A stretch of 64,000 nucleotides of DNA, taken from Trichoplax sp. H2 (Eukaryota). A program made the translations under genes and the position numbers. The stretch lies in contig NOWV01000126.1 in the NCBI GenBank assembly GCA_003344405.1, forward strand, positions 1-64,000, read 5' to 3'. Below are positions 1 to 14,298 of this stretch, one piece after another (positions within the stretch are counted from its first letter, which is position 1; every line of letters starts with the position of its first letter). The notes below the pieces were generated by a model that was not told the DNA's origin, made no database searches, and saw only the letters and a program-made list of their open reading frames with translations.

Positions 1-444
1 GTATTTGTGAATATTTATCTGATCGGCTAGGTTACTATCGATGTCATAAGTTTATCGTTCAACCTTGTCAACCAACGAGCAATGGATGTCTTATTTATTC
101 AAGAACAATGCTTAAATGTAGCTGATGTAACCGATGTAGTTTACCTTCAGCAAGAAAGAAGACTTCCTGGCCGAACTTATTCTTCGCATCATAACGATTG
201 GCCATATCTATTCCTCTCACTACTGTTGATAACATCGCAGATAATAAAGATTAGCATTAATATTGAAGAATTGTTATTAGTACAATATAAGCGAATAAGG
301 ATCGCTTAAGTGGAAGCAGATCCATAAGAAGAATGAACTATTGGAAGATATTACTGTATTGCATTGCTAATACGATCGGTTCATTATTACTATAACACAT
401 TGTTTCTAACTGCTATGATGATGATGCGATATCTCAAGTCTTAC

Positions 445-892
445 ATTCTACGATATTGAGTCTCTGCATAATAATAATTTGATCAAGCTGTGTTAAACAT
501 TCTAGGCCTGGTGGACAGCTAGGCGATGGTGGTGGCGGCATCATCCATTGCATCTGCTGCTGCTGCTGCTGTAGTCCCATCAATGCCAAATTTGGTACTT
601 CAGTAGCTCTATAGGCAGCAGTACCAGGTTGATGTAATGTTACTTGATTCATTTGAAATGGCGCTGGATTATTCATCATTAAGGGTGGGTTCGCCATCGA
701 TGGATTGGCAGGATACGGTGGATTGACTGGATTGTAGGGTGGGTTCGCCATCGATGGATTAGCTGGATAAGGTGGATTGACTGGATTGTAGCCAAGCGGT
801 TGTTGAGTAATAGGCAGAGGAGGAGGAGGAGGATTATAATTATCATTATCCGTTGGCACAGGCCCTTTGGTATCTTCACTGGGAGCTTCCAT
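445..892 (-). CDS. PLSCR: Phospholipid scramblase family protein, first coding exon (gene continues left of the window)
   Basis: Pro/Gln-rich N-terminus followed by CPPGLECLTQLDQIIIMQRLNIVE, matching the scramblase domain start ([23 protein letters not shown] in PLSCR1). GTAAG donor follows position 445 on the minus strand. Confidence 0.85.
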
Positions 893-1531
893 CGATAGTT
901 GTAGCCGTACGTGTCTATCTTCACTTCTTTAATGACAGAGATGAATACTGATTTTAGATTGGACTTTTTGATTTGAACAGGCAATCCAATGCAAGCCAAT
1001 AACTCCAAATGAATGATGAGAAAAGATCCGTACTGCTATTTTTATTTATATATAATTACTGTATACTTTAGTACTATAATTCAATACAGTACAGTACAGT
1101 ATATTCGACGTCAGGGCGTGGTGCGAGGGATCAGCCTCCACCCTTCCATAACTATTATACTGTACTGTACTCAACGTCTGCCTAAAGTTTGCGCAGACGC
1201 AGTATACGATAACCAGAGGCTTGTAATGCCAGAAATATTCTTCTTCTTAACCCTTTCATTTGCGCAGCCGCGAGAATGGATTCCATCCATCCAATACACA
1301 ATATGGTGAACAGTAGTCAAAACGTCTCTGCCTCGACCCCATGGTGTTGGTTGTACAGTATGAGGATTGGATGACAGGGATCCGGTAGTCCCTCAGTCCG
1401 AGCGCAATTCAAACGGATCATGTGGAACATGTTCTAAAGGTACGCACTTAGGTGGACACAAGGGCTTTGATCTTGCTCAAGCTGGCACTCAATCCTTACC
1501 TTTCACATTGGCAGAAAAGCACCAGTAAAAG

Positions 1532-4500
1532 ATGAAAACGACTGGTGTTTACCCTTTCTCTTTAATATTACTAACATTGTGTTATGTTTCTTGCCAAAAT
1601 GATGTTCTCATCGGTTGTGGTGGCTTTGTCAAGTCGGATATTGATATCGATTACACTCAAGTTAAGGTACGCGCATCAGATACTAGAGGTACAATGGCAC
1701 CAGCACGATGGATGTCATACGACAGATTCTAAATCTCTTCACCATAATGCCTCCAAAATGAGTCTCAAATAGAATATTCAAGTCATTTCAGTTCACAAAA
1801 ATATTAATTATGACTTGACTATGATTGACTAAACTGATGATTGAATTGGACTGTCTGTCGTTTCTTGAATATGGTTCTAATCCTTTCTTATGTTAAGGTT
1901 GATGCGTATACTTGACTATAGTACGCGTAATCGTAATCATGGTGACAGAATGTCCATGATATTTGAGTAGGACTGTAAAAATAGCACTAATGAAACACGC
2001 TTTGAACTGAAATTTAGAATTTTCCTGTAATTCCTCTATAATCTATCGTTATTATAATCTAATCTACTACTGTAGATGAGATGATGATTAGCAAGAATGA
2101 TAATGATGTGCATACGTACTGTTTTGCAATGTTCATTGGCCATTGTAGCAAATAGACTATCTTGAATGCAAGAGGAAAAATGTCGTACCTAGCCATAGCA
2201 CAGAAATGTTGTTTTGAACGTTATAATTTTCCGATACTATCCGTTAAGATCATGTGAATTTTATGCTGGCTAGCTGGCTACAGCGGCATTAACATGCACT
2301 CGTTAGCCTAAGCTCAATCGACACGGTCTTATTTCACAAGGTCGTATGATGAATCTTGCAGATTTACAAGGCTATGGAATTTAGATAAATGTTGCAAGTT
2401 AACTCCAAATTTATGAACCAGCTACCTATAATTATAGCCTTATGCATGTATGAACGTAATAATACATGCGAACATGTATTATTTCATACTAGTGCTGAGT
2501 ATACTTCCAAATATGAAATTTCTGTATATTATGTAATACGTGTAGTAAACTGCACAATAATTCAAGTTCAGTTTTGCACTATTAAAAAGAAAACATTTAC
2601 GTGGAATAATGGTATAGTTGCTAGACTTGTTTGCTATCTATATTCAATAAATGCAATAAGTATTATCTGGTTGAGGTTTGCAACCACTTGTAAATCTATC
2701 ATAACAATTCAAGTTTCTATTCGTTTTCATAGGTCCAGTTGATCACCAAATATGGTAGTGTTAAAGATGAAATTGCTTGTGCTCCTACTAGCGGCTATTT
2801 TATGATACCTATCTATGATAAGGTAAATTGTTCATAGTAGTGTAAAGCTCTGAAATTCTAGTCATACGCGTATGTGTTTAGCTAATAGCACTCGTTATTT
2901 CACATACCGGTAGTATTACGTTGACAATAATAATGAGTAAGCTTCTGTTATTGTGGCATTGACAGCGAATTGCTTCTTCTTTTTAGGGAGAATTTACCTT
3001 GAAGGTCTCTCCACCACAAAATTGGGATTTTGGTAATTATCTTCATATCAATCGGATCAATTATCAGTCAGAGACTTTTATGTATTACATTTAAAATAAG
3101 TCATGGCTTTTTGCGTTAAAGATATCTTCGATAATTATCACATTATTGAGTAATTGCTGAATTTACTAATATATTATGACAATTTAGTATATGCGTGACA
3201 AATAGGATTAGCATCACGACTTTAAAGCAATATTATACGTTATACAAGTGCCTGTAACTCTCGATTTTTTCTATCAATTCAAGAACTTTCCTTACAACTT
3301 CTTATTAGTGACTTGATACTACCGATTTCGTTTGATGGTTATTGAATATTACGCTTTACAACTGGATTATCGCCTTATCTATATGCTTTACCGCATTATT
3401 AGCTATCGTTAAACAGTATTTTTTTGTCCTTTATCCTTATTGAAATTGTAGATCCAACCGAAATCAAATTAAACATAGACGGGAAGACAGATCCTTGTAG
3501 CAATAATCGTGATATCAATTTTACGTTCAAGGGCATTACGATAACTGGCAGGGTACGTCCGTTTACATACTCGAAATAGCTTCAGTAGTGATTTGATACC
3601 TTGTACTTTATTCTTGCCACACTATTATCAATGAAAATGAGGAACAAGAACCCTTCCTAATTTACCTTAAATCTTTTTATAGATTCTTAGTGAAGGTCTC
3701 ATGGATGGTCCAGCTGGTGTCGCTGTGACCCTAAGTCAAGGCGGTAAGACATTCCTTAGCTCTGTAACTATATTATCTATCATTTTGGATTTATAGTTAC
3801 TGTTTTCATTCAATAGATACCGTTGTTCAAACAACAAAATCTACCGATGGCGGAAGGTGAACATGGAGTTTTCCTGTCTTTCTTAGTTTAAACGTTATAA
3901 AAACAATTTGCATACTTTGGCTTCATGTACCTACTTTGTTATATTGCGTTGAAGCTGACTACTCGATCAATGTTTAAATTATCCTTAACTTCTAGCTTAT
4001 TTTTAACAGATATGTGTTTCATCAAGTCAAGCCTGGTCATTATGAAATTAAGACTAGCCATGATAAATGGACATTTTCTAAAGTTAGTTTCAATCTTCAT
4101 ATGTTCATAATATTGAATAATATTGGTGGTTAAAAGTACATGTATTAAAAGAGTTGTTATTTCTCGTATTTAAAGTCACAAACGACCATTGATGCCAAAA
4201 TTGGAAGCACCAGTGTAACTGAAGATATGTTTATCTCGGGATATGACGTTCAGGTAAGTACCAGTCGTGGTTGTTGAAAGCATCTACCATTCACTTTCCA
4301 TTAATGGCACATGTTAGTGTGCATCAGTCTGGCACCATTTCTAGTTAGAAATAAAAGGTTACTTTGTAATATACTACGACTTAGGCTGACGTAATGAGCG
4401 ATGGATTGCCTATCCAAGGTGTTCGATTTTTCCTGTATCAAGTCGATTCAAAAGTATATACGATCATAAAATTAACTTCTACTCAGTGTACCAAATGGAG

Positions 4501-7500
4501 TCTTTAATTTTCACCCCATCTTACAAACATTATGATCTCTTTTATAGGGAAAAGTGACTGAATGTGATTCAATTGAAAAAAATCTGGCTACCCCAGGTCA
4601 AATTAATGGATTATCTCCTCTTTGTTATCGGATTTCGGATCAGCAAGGGTTGGTTAATTTTCCTTCCCTTCCACCTGGACAGTATATTTTGGTAAGCATT
4701 TGTGACAGTCAGTAAAATCTGTATCCAAAACTTATGCAGTACATTTTCAATTGCTAGGTTCCTTATTACCGAAGTGAAGAAATCGTATTTGATGTTGTAC
4801 CTGCTCAAGTACCCGTAACCGTTGCGAGTAGTAGTGTTAAAATTCAGGTAGGAGTAGTTACTTTTATGGAGGTTGCGTGTATGTCATATTGATTTGCATC
4901 TATTCTTATTGCAAAGCCAAATTTTCAAGTGCACGGTTTTACTATTGGTGGTCGCGTGCTAGCTTATCGAGAGGTAACGTTACGATTAATGGTCGCTATC
5001 TAATAAACATTGATTGATATGTTAATATTAACGTTAACGACTGCATGTGCCATGTAGGGAAAAGGTATAGTTGATGCTTCTATTCAAATCAATGGGAAAC
5101 CTGTTACTTCTACTGGTAAAGATGGGAAATACTTGCTTGTCAATGTAACCAGTGGGACTTACACGATTACGGTAGAAGATACAAATTAATAAATTATTCT
5201 ATTAGCAAAATATCCCTTTATTTCTTTAAGATTGCATTACATGCTTATATTTCTATTGTTTTTATTCGCTTCATTTATAGGTTAGCAAGCCTTATTATTT
5301 TTTTGAACCCTTTGTGACGAAAATAACTCCTAGTACACCTGCCCTAGAAGATATCGTAGCAACAAGGTGACCCTTGATTCAAACATTTTGTACAAATTTT
5401 TGGGTATGATAATCTGCGTTATACTTTATTAAAGCAGTTCATTTCATATATATTTATTTTTCTCTAGATACAATTTATGTGGATTAATCGAAATTACTGA
5501 TTTACCTAACGAGGTTATGAAGGTATGATGATTATTAATTGCTCAGAAAGCACCATTGCACAAATACACTCGGAATGAAAAATTTAAAATAATCTTATCT
5601 CAATAATTTTCTTGGATTTTGCATACGTCTGGGTTAGAGTAAAAAACGAAAAGTGAATATGTCTCCTGTTGGAAGTAAAAGCACTGAGGTTACAATTTTA
5701 TCCAATGAAAATGGTTCATTTTGCTTCCAAGTTTCTCCCGGCGAATATATCGTAAAGGTATGCATGATAGTTTTATTGTAATAGATTGATGGAAAACTAG
5801 TACATCCTTTTGTAGAATTATGATGCAGTTTTTATCATTCTTGGTTTCATGATATATGCTTTCATTCCAAGGCTGTACCGGATGATGATGATAAAAGCAA
5901 AGGTGTCATGTTTACGCCACCGAGTAAGCAGGTGACAGTCAAAGACGAGCCAGTTTTTGGTGTTAAATTTGGCCAATTTAAGACTACCGTTAGCGGCAAG
6001 GTTAAATTCTTAGGTACGTACATATAATCTACGGTGGTAATTAATATAGAATTGCCTGACAGGCGTAGATTTACGAGCTTATTATTTTTTACTGTAGATG
6101 GATTTCATGGTAATAAAGACACTACCATATATTTACGGGATACAGAACGATCAGGACATGTTCACCAAGCTGTTGCGGTTAGTTAGCCTGTCTAAATAAT
6201 ATTGTTTACATTGCGTACCAAATGTCAGCCCGGCTGATTCTTACAAAGTCCTTGCATGTGATCGTCATTACTTGTTTACTTTAGAAATTAACTGGTGATA
6301 ACTTGGTTGCTCAATTCATATTTGAAGACGTTTTACCTGGAAAATACAATGGTAATTTTAGCTTTCTTTGTAGTAGTTGTACATTTTCTTTGTAATTTTC
6401 ATTATTGATTAACTGTTTACAACACGATTAAATCTGTTAGCTGCCGTTACACGGAAAGACGTATGCTGGAAATCAGAGGAGCTACCTTTCACCGTACTGG
6501 ATAAAGATATCGATGGTATACAATTTGAACAGAATGGCTTTGTTCTTAGTGCTGTTACATCGCATTCGTTTTACGCGGTAGGGTAGAAAGTTTGTTGCCT
6601 GAGGTTACTGTAATGATCGCCAGAGAAACTTTTTTATGCCTGTATTTCCTGTCATATTACAGTATTATTCTTCGGAGGGCGATAAAGAGAAGACTGAATG
6701 TAAATTTAACAAAGGCTTGAATAGGATGTGCTTACCAAATGCCGGTACGTTGAATGTTCACTTCTATTTTCGTTAAGTGATGGAAAGTTTTATAAAATAG
6801 TTTGGTAATAAATATATAGGACGATATGAGATATCACCAGCAAGTTGTTATATCTTCCAGCAAAATGAATATTCGTATGATACGTAAGTGAAAATGAATA
6901 AATAATACTAAGTACCTAAACAACTTAGCTATATTCTAAAACTCGTTAGTCTTGCAATTAAATGTACCACTGTTTCATCAAATCTAAAATTTTATTTTCA
7001 GGACTTCGACCTCAACTTTGAGTATGACTGCAGTTGATTATAGAGTAATTGGTTCGGTAATTTCATTCGCAGATGCCAAAGATATCATGATAAAAATAAA
7101 GTAAAGTTTAATATTTCAGATGAAACTCATTTAACAAATGTTACCTTGAGTCGTGAAGGGTAGTTCCTTTCAGCGATCTATCTACTACTATTGATACCCT
7201 TTATTGCTTTAACAGATTTACAAATAAAGAAAAAGAAGATATTGTTCTAGGGCCATTAGAGGCTAGACCTCTCGGTCAATTGTTAAAATTTGACTTCCAA
7301 TTTATTTTGAGGTTAGTTTGCCTGCTACCCGTGACAGTTATTTCTCCATACGTTCTCTCTCTCTCGCTCTCTTGAATATAAATAAGTTATGCTTTTTAAT
7401 TAAACTTGCAGGCCTGGCGACAGCGTATCCGTATTACCGTCTTCGGAGACACTTCTATTTGATCCATCAAAGATTGACTTTACTTTAAATGAAGGTATGC

Positions 7501-10057
7501 CAACATTTTTAAATTTATGAAATTTGTTATGCCATATCAGTACATAGTATATTTTGGATTTATTAAATTTACTAACTTATTGCTAATTAATTCCAAACGT
7601 ATTCATATTCTTCACTTTCCTTGAAATTTAGATAAGGAATGTCCTATATCGATTGGTGCATTTGATGCTTCGAAAGGCGAGATAATTGTTGGTAAAATTG
7701 AACCTGTAGTAAATGATGTTGAAATCAGGTTGCATGAAGCTGGTTCGGATGTTGTACTGTTGACCACTACAACTAATCAACAAGGAGAATATAGGTAGCT
7801 ATATTTTTAATTTTATTATTCGATTAGATATTCTAATAGCAAGCACTTTTGTCCTAGGTTTGGTCCCTTAGCAGGAAATAAAAATTACGACGTTGTTAGT
7901 GAATTTTTACCTTGACCCTTTAACACAAACTAATATAGCACACTATTATAACATTTTTAAATTGACTTTGTGTTAACTCACCGCAGACTGCTTCGAAGCC
8001 TGGTTATGTTTTTACTCCAACGCTTGACAATAAAAGAGATTTTAAGGCTTCTAAACAAGGAGAAATTGTAATAAAAGTAAGCTTGCTTTCTTAAAGTGTA
8101 GTATAGATATTGCGGCCTAAATACAGCGCAGAATGAATCGCGTAGACATCCTACTAACTTTATTAATTCGGTATCAGGTTGCATCAGAGGATGGACAACC
8201 AATGTCTGGTGTACTATTCTCTTTAAGTGGCCAAAACTTTCGATCTAATAATATAACGTCTGAAACTGGGGAAATTCAGTATCTAAACTTGGTAATATTC
8301 TTAATTGTATAATATTGTGATTAACGTATTTATACAAGACATCTGTAATCTTCTCTTTTGCTAGCCTTCTGCACAATATTATTTCCGACCTTTACTGAAA
8401 GAGTATTCGTTCGAGCCTGCAATGCAATTAATTTCGGTAGATGAAGGAATGACAGTCAATGTAGAGGTTAAAGGATATCGTGTAGCTTATAGCTGCTATG
8501 GTAAACTGTCTTCACTAAACGGCGAACCTGAAGTAGACGTAGTCGTAAGAGTAAGTTACTTTCCTGAGATTATATGTAACTATGGCTCTGTGTAGCTAGC
8601 TGCAACTTTTCAATTAATGGAATCGAAACGTTACTATTTTGTTATGCAAAAGGCGATAGGAATTAATAATTGCGAAAATAGTCGAGAAGAAGCAACCACA
8701 ACTATAAATGGAACATTTAGAATTCGAGGGCTTAAAGTAATATTAAAGTATTAGATGCAATAAAATGGACATTTACGATTGCATTACTAAATGCACTATT
8801 AAATATTTCAGCCAAATTGCTCTTATTCCTTGCAAGTTGCTGAGGAAAATAGTGATATCATAAGCAGATCTATCCCTGATAAGCGTGTAATTGAAAAGGT
8901 AAAGGTTTTTACTTTGATATCTGAATCGTTCAGCAACTTCAACTTTCTTTACTTGGTAAGTATATTTAGTGCGGATTGCTTACTTTTTAGGTTGAAGATC
9001 AAGATATTACGGACGTCAATATAATTACAATCAGAAGTTCTGGTCAAATGGAAATCAGCGGAACTGTATTTACAGAAGATAAATATTTGCATACTATTAA
9101 GGTCGACATAGATTTTGACTGAAATTAAAGAAATGAATAAGCTTATTATGTTTAAAATGTGTCAACATGTGGATGTTGTTACATGTTTATATACTGCACA
9201 ATCAATTCAAATGCCAAATGGTTCAATATTGTGCTAAATTTATCGATTCATATTAGGTCCTTGCTGTCATGATACAAGTGTACTTTTGTAATAAATATAG
9301 GCTCTCCTCTATAACGAAAATAATATGGACTCACCAGTCCAATCAGTAGCTCTTGGTGTTAATCATTACTTTCATTTTAAACCATTGCCAAAGGACGGAA
9401 AGGTAACTGAAGGATTACTACTTTTGCTTTAAAATGTGTAAAGATTCTAATACGCTTACAATAATCCTTTGCAGAGCTACATTTTGCGTATCCAATCCAT
9501 GCTATCTCTAGTTACCTATTCGTACAAAACCTTGGAAACTGATTCCTTCACCGCAACTCAACATCGTCGACATTTTCATTTTAATTTCTCAGCTGCGGTA
9601 TGTATAACCCTAAATTAATATTGGCATTTATCTACTGTATCTATGCAAATGTCTCTTGTACGCGTATATTGATACATTACGTATAATTATAACACATATT
9701 ATTTGCTAATTATAATTATCGTTTATATTCCGCAATATAATAATAGATAAGACAGATCGATCCTGAGCCATCCCAAGGTTCATTTTTAATTATCCCGTTT
9801 ATTTTAGTTATTGCGATTGCTTTTAACTTTACAAAGGTAAGTATTTTATCAAGCCATAAAGCACATGTCTATCAATTTTTGCATTTTAGATTCTTTTAGA
9901 TCAATTTCATTTATTTGGCTTCATTTTAATCACTGTTCTTGTGCGACAGGTTTCTCAATATGTGAAGTCTCTTATTGAAGCGTATAATAGCCGGCAGCAA
10001 TCTTCTACAAGCGAAGAAAATGTCAAAGCAAAGAAAAAGCATGGCAAACATCGTTAA
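1532..10057 (+). CDS. NOMO: Nodal modulator (NOMO, BOS complex subunit), multi-exon
   Basis: Signal peptide then DVLIGCGGFVKSDIDIDYTQVKV. Later exons include CAPTSGYFMIPIYDK, DPCSNNRDINFTFKG, QYYFRPLLKEYSFEP and AYSCYGKLSSLNGEPE. A C-terminal TM segment and basic tail end KKKHGKHR-TAA at 10057. Many GT-AG introns. Confidence 0.95.
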
Positions 10058-10817
10058 TTTTCTTTTCGTATTGTGATTTGCGTCCATAAGCCTAATCTAA
10101 GCGATGTTATTGTCACTATTTGGTTTTATCCCTTTTAACTACTCACTTTTGTTACTGTATGTTCATAGTTAATATTTGCTGGCGTACTTAGAATTATATT
10201 ATACCTTTCAAAATCTTTCTTACGCGATTTGCAGATTGTATTTATTAAAGAAGTTTCAATATAACATTTTAATTATTGAAAATAAAATGTATACCGGCTT
10301 TTGTACGTTGAACCATAGTAGAACCATTCGTAACATTATACGTCAACAAAAATAAGTCGGCGATAAGTGACGTTCGAGTCGTACTATTTATCGTATTTTA
10401 AATGATGGCATAAAAGTCAAAAATATAGTATTTAGGTATAGTCATTGTTAAATCAAGTTTCTTTTAAGTCAATTGTACAATGTACATGTATTATTTACAA
10501 TTTCAATTACTAGAAAATCATCAACCGCGAATGTCCGCTTGTGGTAGGATATTAAATATCGTCGTGTAATAATTATTGTTATAAGTTAGATGCGGTTTAC
10601 ATTGATAAAGAAACCAGTATTTTGCAATTATGTCTAGCACGATACCGTACGCTTAAGAACGTACTGGCAGAAGTTAATGTTAACAAGTCTTCATTACCAT
10701 ATTATTTAAATATTATTTAAAAAGCAATAATAATAATTAGGTAGAGTACAAGTCGATGACAACGTAAAGAATGTAAACAAAACATAAAATAGAAGTCAAG
10801 TATAGACATCTATGAAA

Positions 10818-13359
10818 CTAAGGAAGATTTTTAATTACGGACTGATGATTTTCCTTATTTTGATCCACTTGTAATTCAACACTTTCATACCGGACAGTTT
10901 GCAATCTGTACATTCCGTCATCGCATTGGCTATAACTACAAGGTATAAGACGCAGTTAGGCATGGCCATAAGAGCCGTTGTGGCTATCGATAAAATGATA
11001 GAAAACAAAACAAAAGTTCAATTGTTTAATGCTAACATTATACTGACATTAATCTGCTTAAGCTACCAGGCCATTCAAAGTGATGTTTCTTTTTTAAGTG
11101 ACTTGTAAGTGAATATCCTCGAGTGTAACGACAACCGCAAATATGGCAAGCGTATCGAGCAGAAGCCATTTCAGCCTATATCAATACAAATTGGTAACTT
11201 GGAAATAGTTGCAGAAACGTGTTAAGTATAAAAGGATAGCGCATTTGAGCGCAAATGTAGACATACCTCGTGCTCTTTCGCATAGTGAGCTTTAATACTT
11301 TGCAAGAATTTACTTGTATAATCACAGCCTTCTTTAGGACAAAGTAAGACTTGATCATCGTGAATTTTAATATGTCTATTTAAGTCGTGCTCGGATTTGA
11401 ACCTGCGGCAATAAAACAAGCCAATACAATCAATTTTATTTCCATGCTTACTGTTAATTACAAAATAATTCGTTATTATTCCAAAAGTAAATCTTACTTT
11501 AAATGACACAAAGCACACTGGTAAGGTCTTTGCTCGGTATGTCGGTATAAGATATGTCTTTTAAGACCTGATGGTGATGGAAACGTCATATCGCACATAG
11601 TGCATTTACTGTTGTTCACTAAACGATGAAATGGGCGTCAATGTCTGCTATTTTATATTACATGGTACGATTGATGAAAGTAATTCTATGATTGCAACAG
11701 CCACATTGTTATAGTCGCAATATTATATTATATAACATCATAAGGGTTCAAAATTTTTACATTATCACATTGCATGGATAATTTATAGACGAGTAAGCTT
11801 TAGAACTTTTATTACTGCAGCATAATAAACGGAATGCAAGTAAATTAAAGTAAAAGTATGCAAAAATTTTACCATGTCCTCTTTCATGATTCCTTAATAG
11901 TCGTTTGGTTGCAAATTGTTTGTTGCAGCAGAGGCACCTTAAATTAGCATCTTTAGAAAGATAATCGTCATATTACGTGAGTCAGGTATCATGGATGGTA
12001 TTCAAAGTACAGTATAGTACAGTACATAAAATTGATGCATCTTACTTTTGTAATAGATTAATTTCATATCTTACCTTCAGATTGCCTATTCAGATGATCT
12101 ATAAATTTAGTATTGCTAGCAAATAATCCTCCGCAAGTGTTGCATGCAATCACTTTTTGGCCAGTATGTACTCTGCAATGTTCTTTAATTCGATACCTGC
12201 TTTTAAATTTTGCAGAACATCCTAACGGTAATATCATAGTAACAAAATTAGTCACTAATTTAACAAGATTACCTTTCAGTTGATCAAAATACTGCAAGTC
12301 TATTAAGCTTAAGACTGAATGCAAAAGAAAGTAGACTGGTCGATTCATTTCTAATGCCCTCAAATTAGAACAACTTTATGTTTGCTGTACCTAACCATCG
12401 ACAGGCAAAACTATCTCCATCAGCACTATCGTTATCACCATGAGCATCCATATGACGATAGAACTGATCAGGCGAATGAAATTGCATACGACAATCTTCC
12501 CAGCAGCATACTAATTCCTCGTCTGCATCGATTAGATTTCGGCTATAAAGTAGCATATTTCAAAGCATTAGTCAACTTGCAGCTGATATACAGCCTTTTC
12601 AAAATATTCATAAAATGACAATAAGTAAAAGGAATGACATTAATATCGTCTTGGCACCAGTTGATAACAGGCTATCCTACAGTTTATTCACATAACCTAC
12701 ATATGCGAGAATAGCTAGTCGTTGTATCTGGGTTACATCTCATTCTTAATGCAATTCATTATTGTAATCGATACTAGATTATTACTAAATACTAATCGAG
12801 AGCGCAAACGAGTGCAAGTAGATGGGATGTATTGACAGTGTCTCATCGTCGAATGGAATATTATTGTAGTGTTAGGGAATTTAAAGGATAGGCCGTAAAG
12901 CGAAATGAGGTTGATATTGTTCCTCTTTTGTAAGCCAATTTATTACAACTTTAACTGGTAGAAGTGAATGATGAATAGAAGTGTGTCCAATGACGGCATT
13001 CATTTTTACCTTTCGTCGCTTAAAGTACAAGGCGGTAATTGTTTCGTTGAACGCATCGCAGCACCTAAGGCTTTCAAGTAAGCATGATAAGCATGAAACA
13101 TAACATGCTTGGCCAATTCTCTTCCATTCATAAATACATCTAAAGTACAATCTCGCCAAAGACATTGAAACTCTCGTGGATTCTCGTTGAAATGACCGTT
13201 GGAAATTTCCACCAGGTCCTCAATATGCTGATAGACATGACGTAGAAAGGAGCTTTTATCCTCTTTTACTGTGTAAGTGCAATCACACCATTCACATATT
13301 AGTAATGGCTTCTTTTGGTCGTTGTGATTGATCGTTGGATCTTGGCTAGTACAAGCCAT
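10818..13359 (-). CDS. HINFP: Histone H4 transcription factor (HiNF-P/MIZF), multi-C2H2 zinc finger, multi-exon
   Basis: LLICEWCDC, FQCLWRDC...HVMFHAYHAYLKALG, KEHCRVHTGQKVIACNTCGGLFASNTKFIDHLNRQ. Signature C-terminus HHFEWPGSLSRLI/YSQCDDGMYRLQTVRYESVEL. Stop at 10818. Confidence 0.95.
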
Positions 13360-13894
13360 AGTTTCTAATCCTCTCTATGTTTCATCGATGAAGAATTTGT
13401 TAATCTTGTGGATGGTTTTAAGCTTTCATTGAGGCAAGTTGAATAATCAGTAAGAAATATTTTTAATTAATTAATAATGAATAATAATAATAATATTCCC
13501 TCGCTTCAATCAATTAAAGGCATCGACTGCTATTGCGCAGGTGCAGCTTTTCCTTGGTGCTGGGCGTTGTAAGCTTCAGCAGTGCAACGGTAGTGCAGTG
13601 TATCGTGCATCGGGAGTAGTATTATACTGCAGTATAGAGATTTTGAGGTATTGTCAGGTCGACGAATTTGGAGCAGAACGATTTGACTTTAAACGCAATT
13701 TGTGAAAGATAGAGACATCGTACGTCCATTATAATGGCAGATTCGTGTAAATGGACTCATCTACTATCGTTTGATTGGTAATGTGTTCAAATTTCTGTGC
13801 ATTTTTTTATTATTTTGCTTTCGTTTCTATCAGGAACAATTTCTCGGACACTTTGCGCTTACGAACTTGCTACAGTACAAAGTCATACCATAGA

Positions 13895-13908
13895 ATTTGG
13901 CGCCAAAT
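13895..13908. promoter_or_regulatory. Palindromic E2F-type site ATTTGGCGCCAAAT upstream of HINFP
   Basis: Perfect 14-bp palindrome containing TTTGGCGC on both strands, about 540 bp upstream of the HINFP ATG. Confidence 0.45.
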
Positions 13909-14298
13909 CGATGATGACTGCAACATTTTAATTTTTTTCCTATGCTACTGGAGTACAGGGTAAAATCTGAACATGATTGACTATGGTGCTGAACTACCGC
14001 AGATATTATGGTAAAAGTAATACGGCCCCGATGTTGCCATTCAAAATGAACGGCACACCAGGCCGTAACTTTGTCTGCTTGCTGGATGTTAGTTGACAAG
14101 TGATTGGGCTTCACTTTGCTCTATCACTGATCATTCTGTGTACCGTCCCTTACTACGCTATACAGTGTAAGGCATGGTTTGGGTAGCAAGACCGAATCCG
14201 ACGACAGGTCTTGATGATCTGGTCTGGTCCGGACCCTAATCAAAGTGATGGTTGATTTTACCAGGGTGTGAAAGAGTACAGTACTAAGTACTGTACTC

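Noticed and set aside
10936-11050. Apparent frameshift at the HINFP C-terminus
   Set aside because: Resolved by a phase-2 intron (AT/GTCAGT...TGTAG/T) that restores WPGSLSRLIYSQ.
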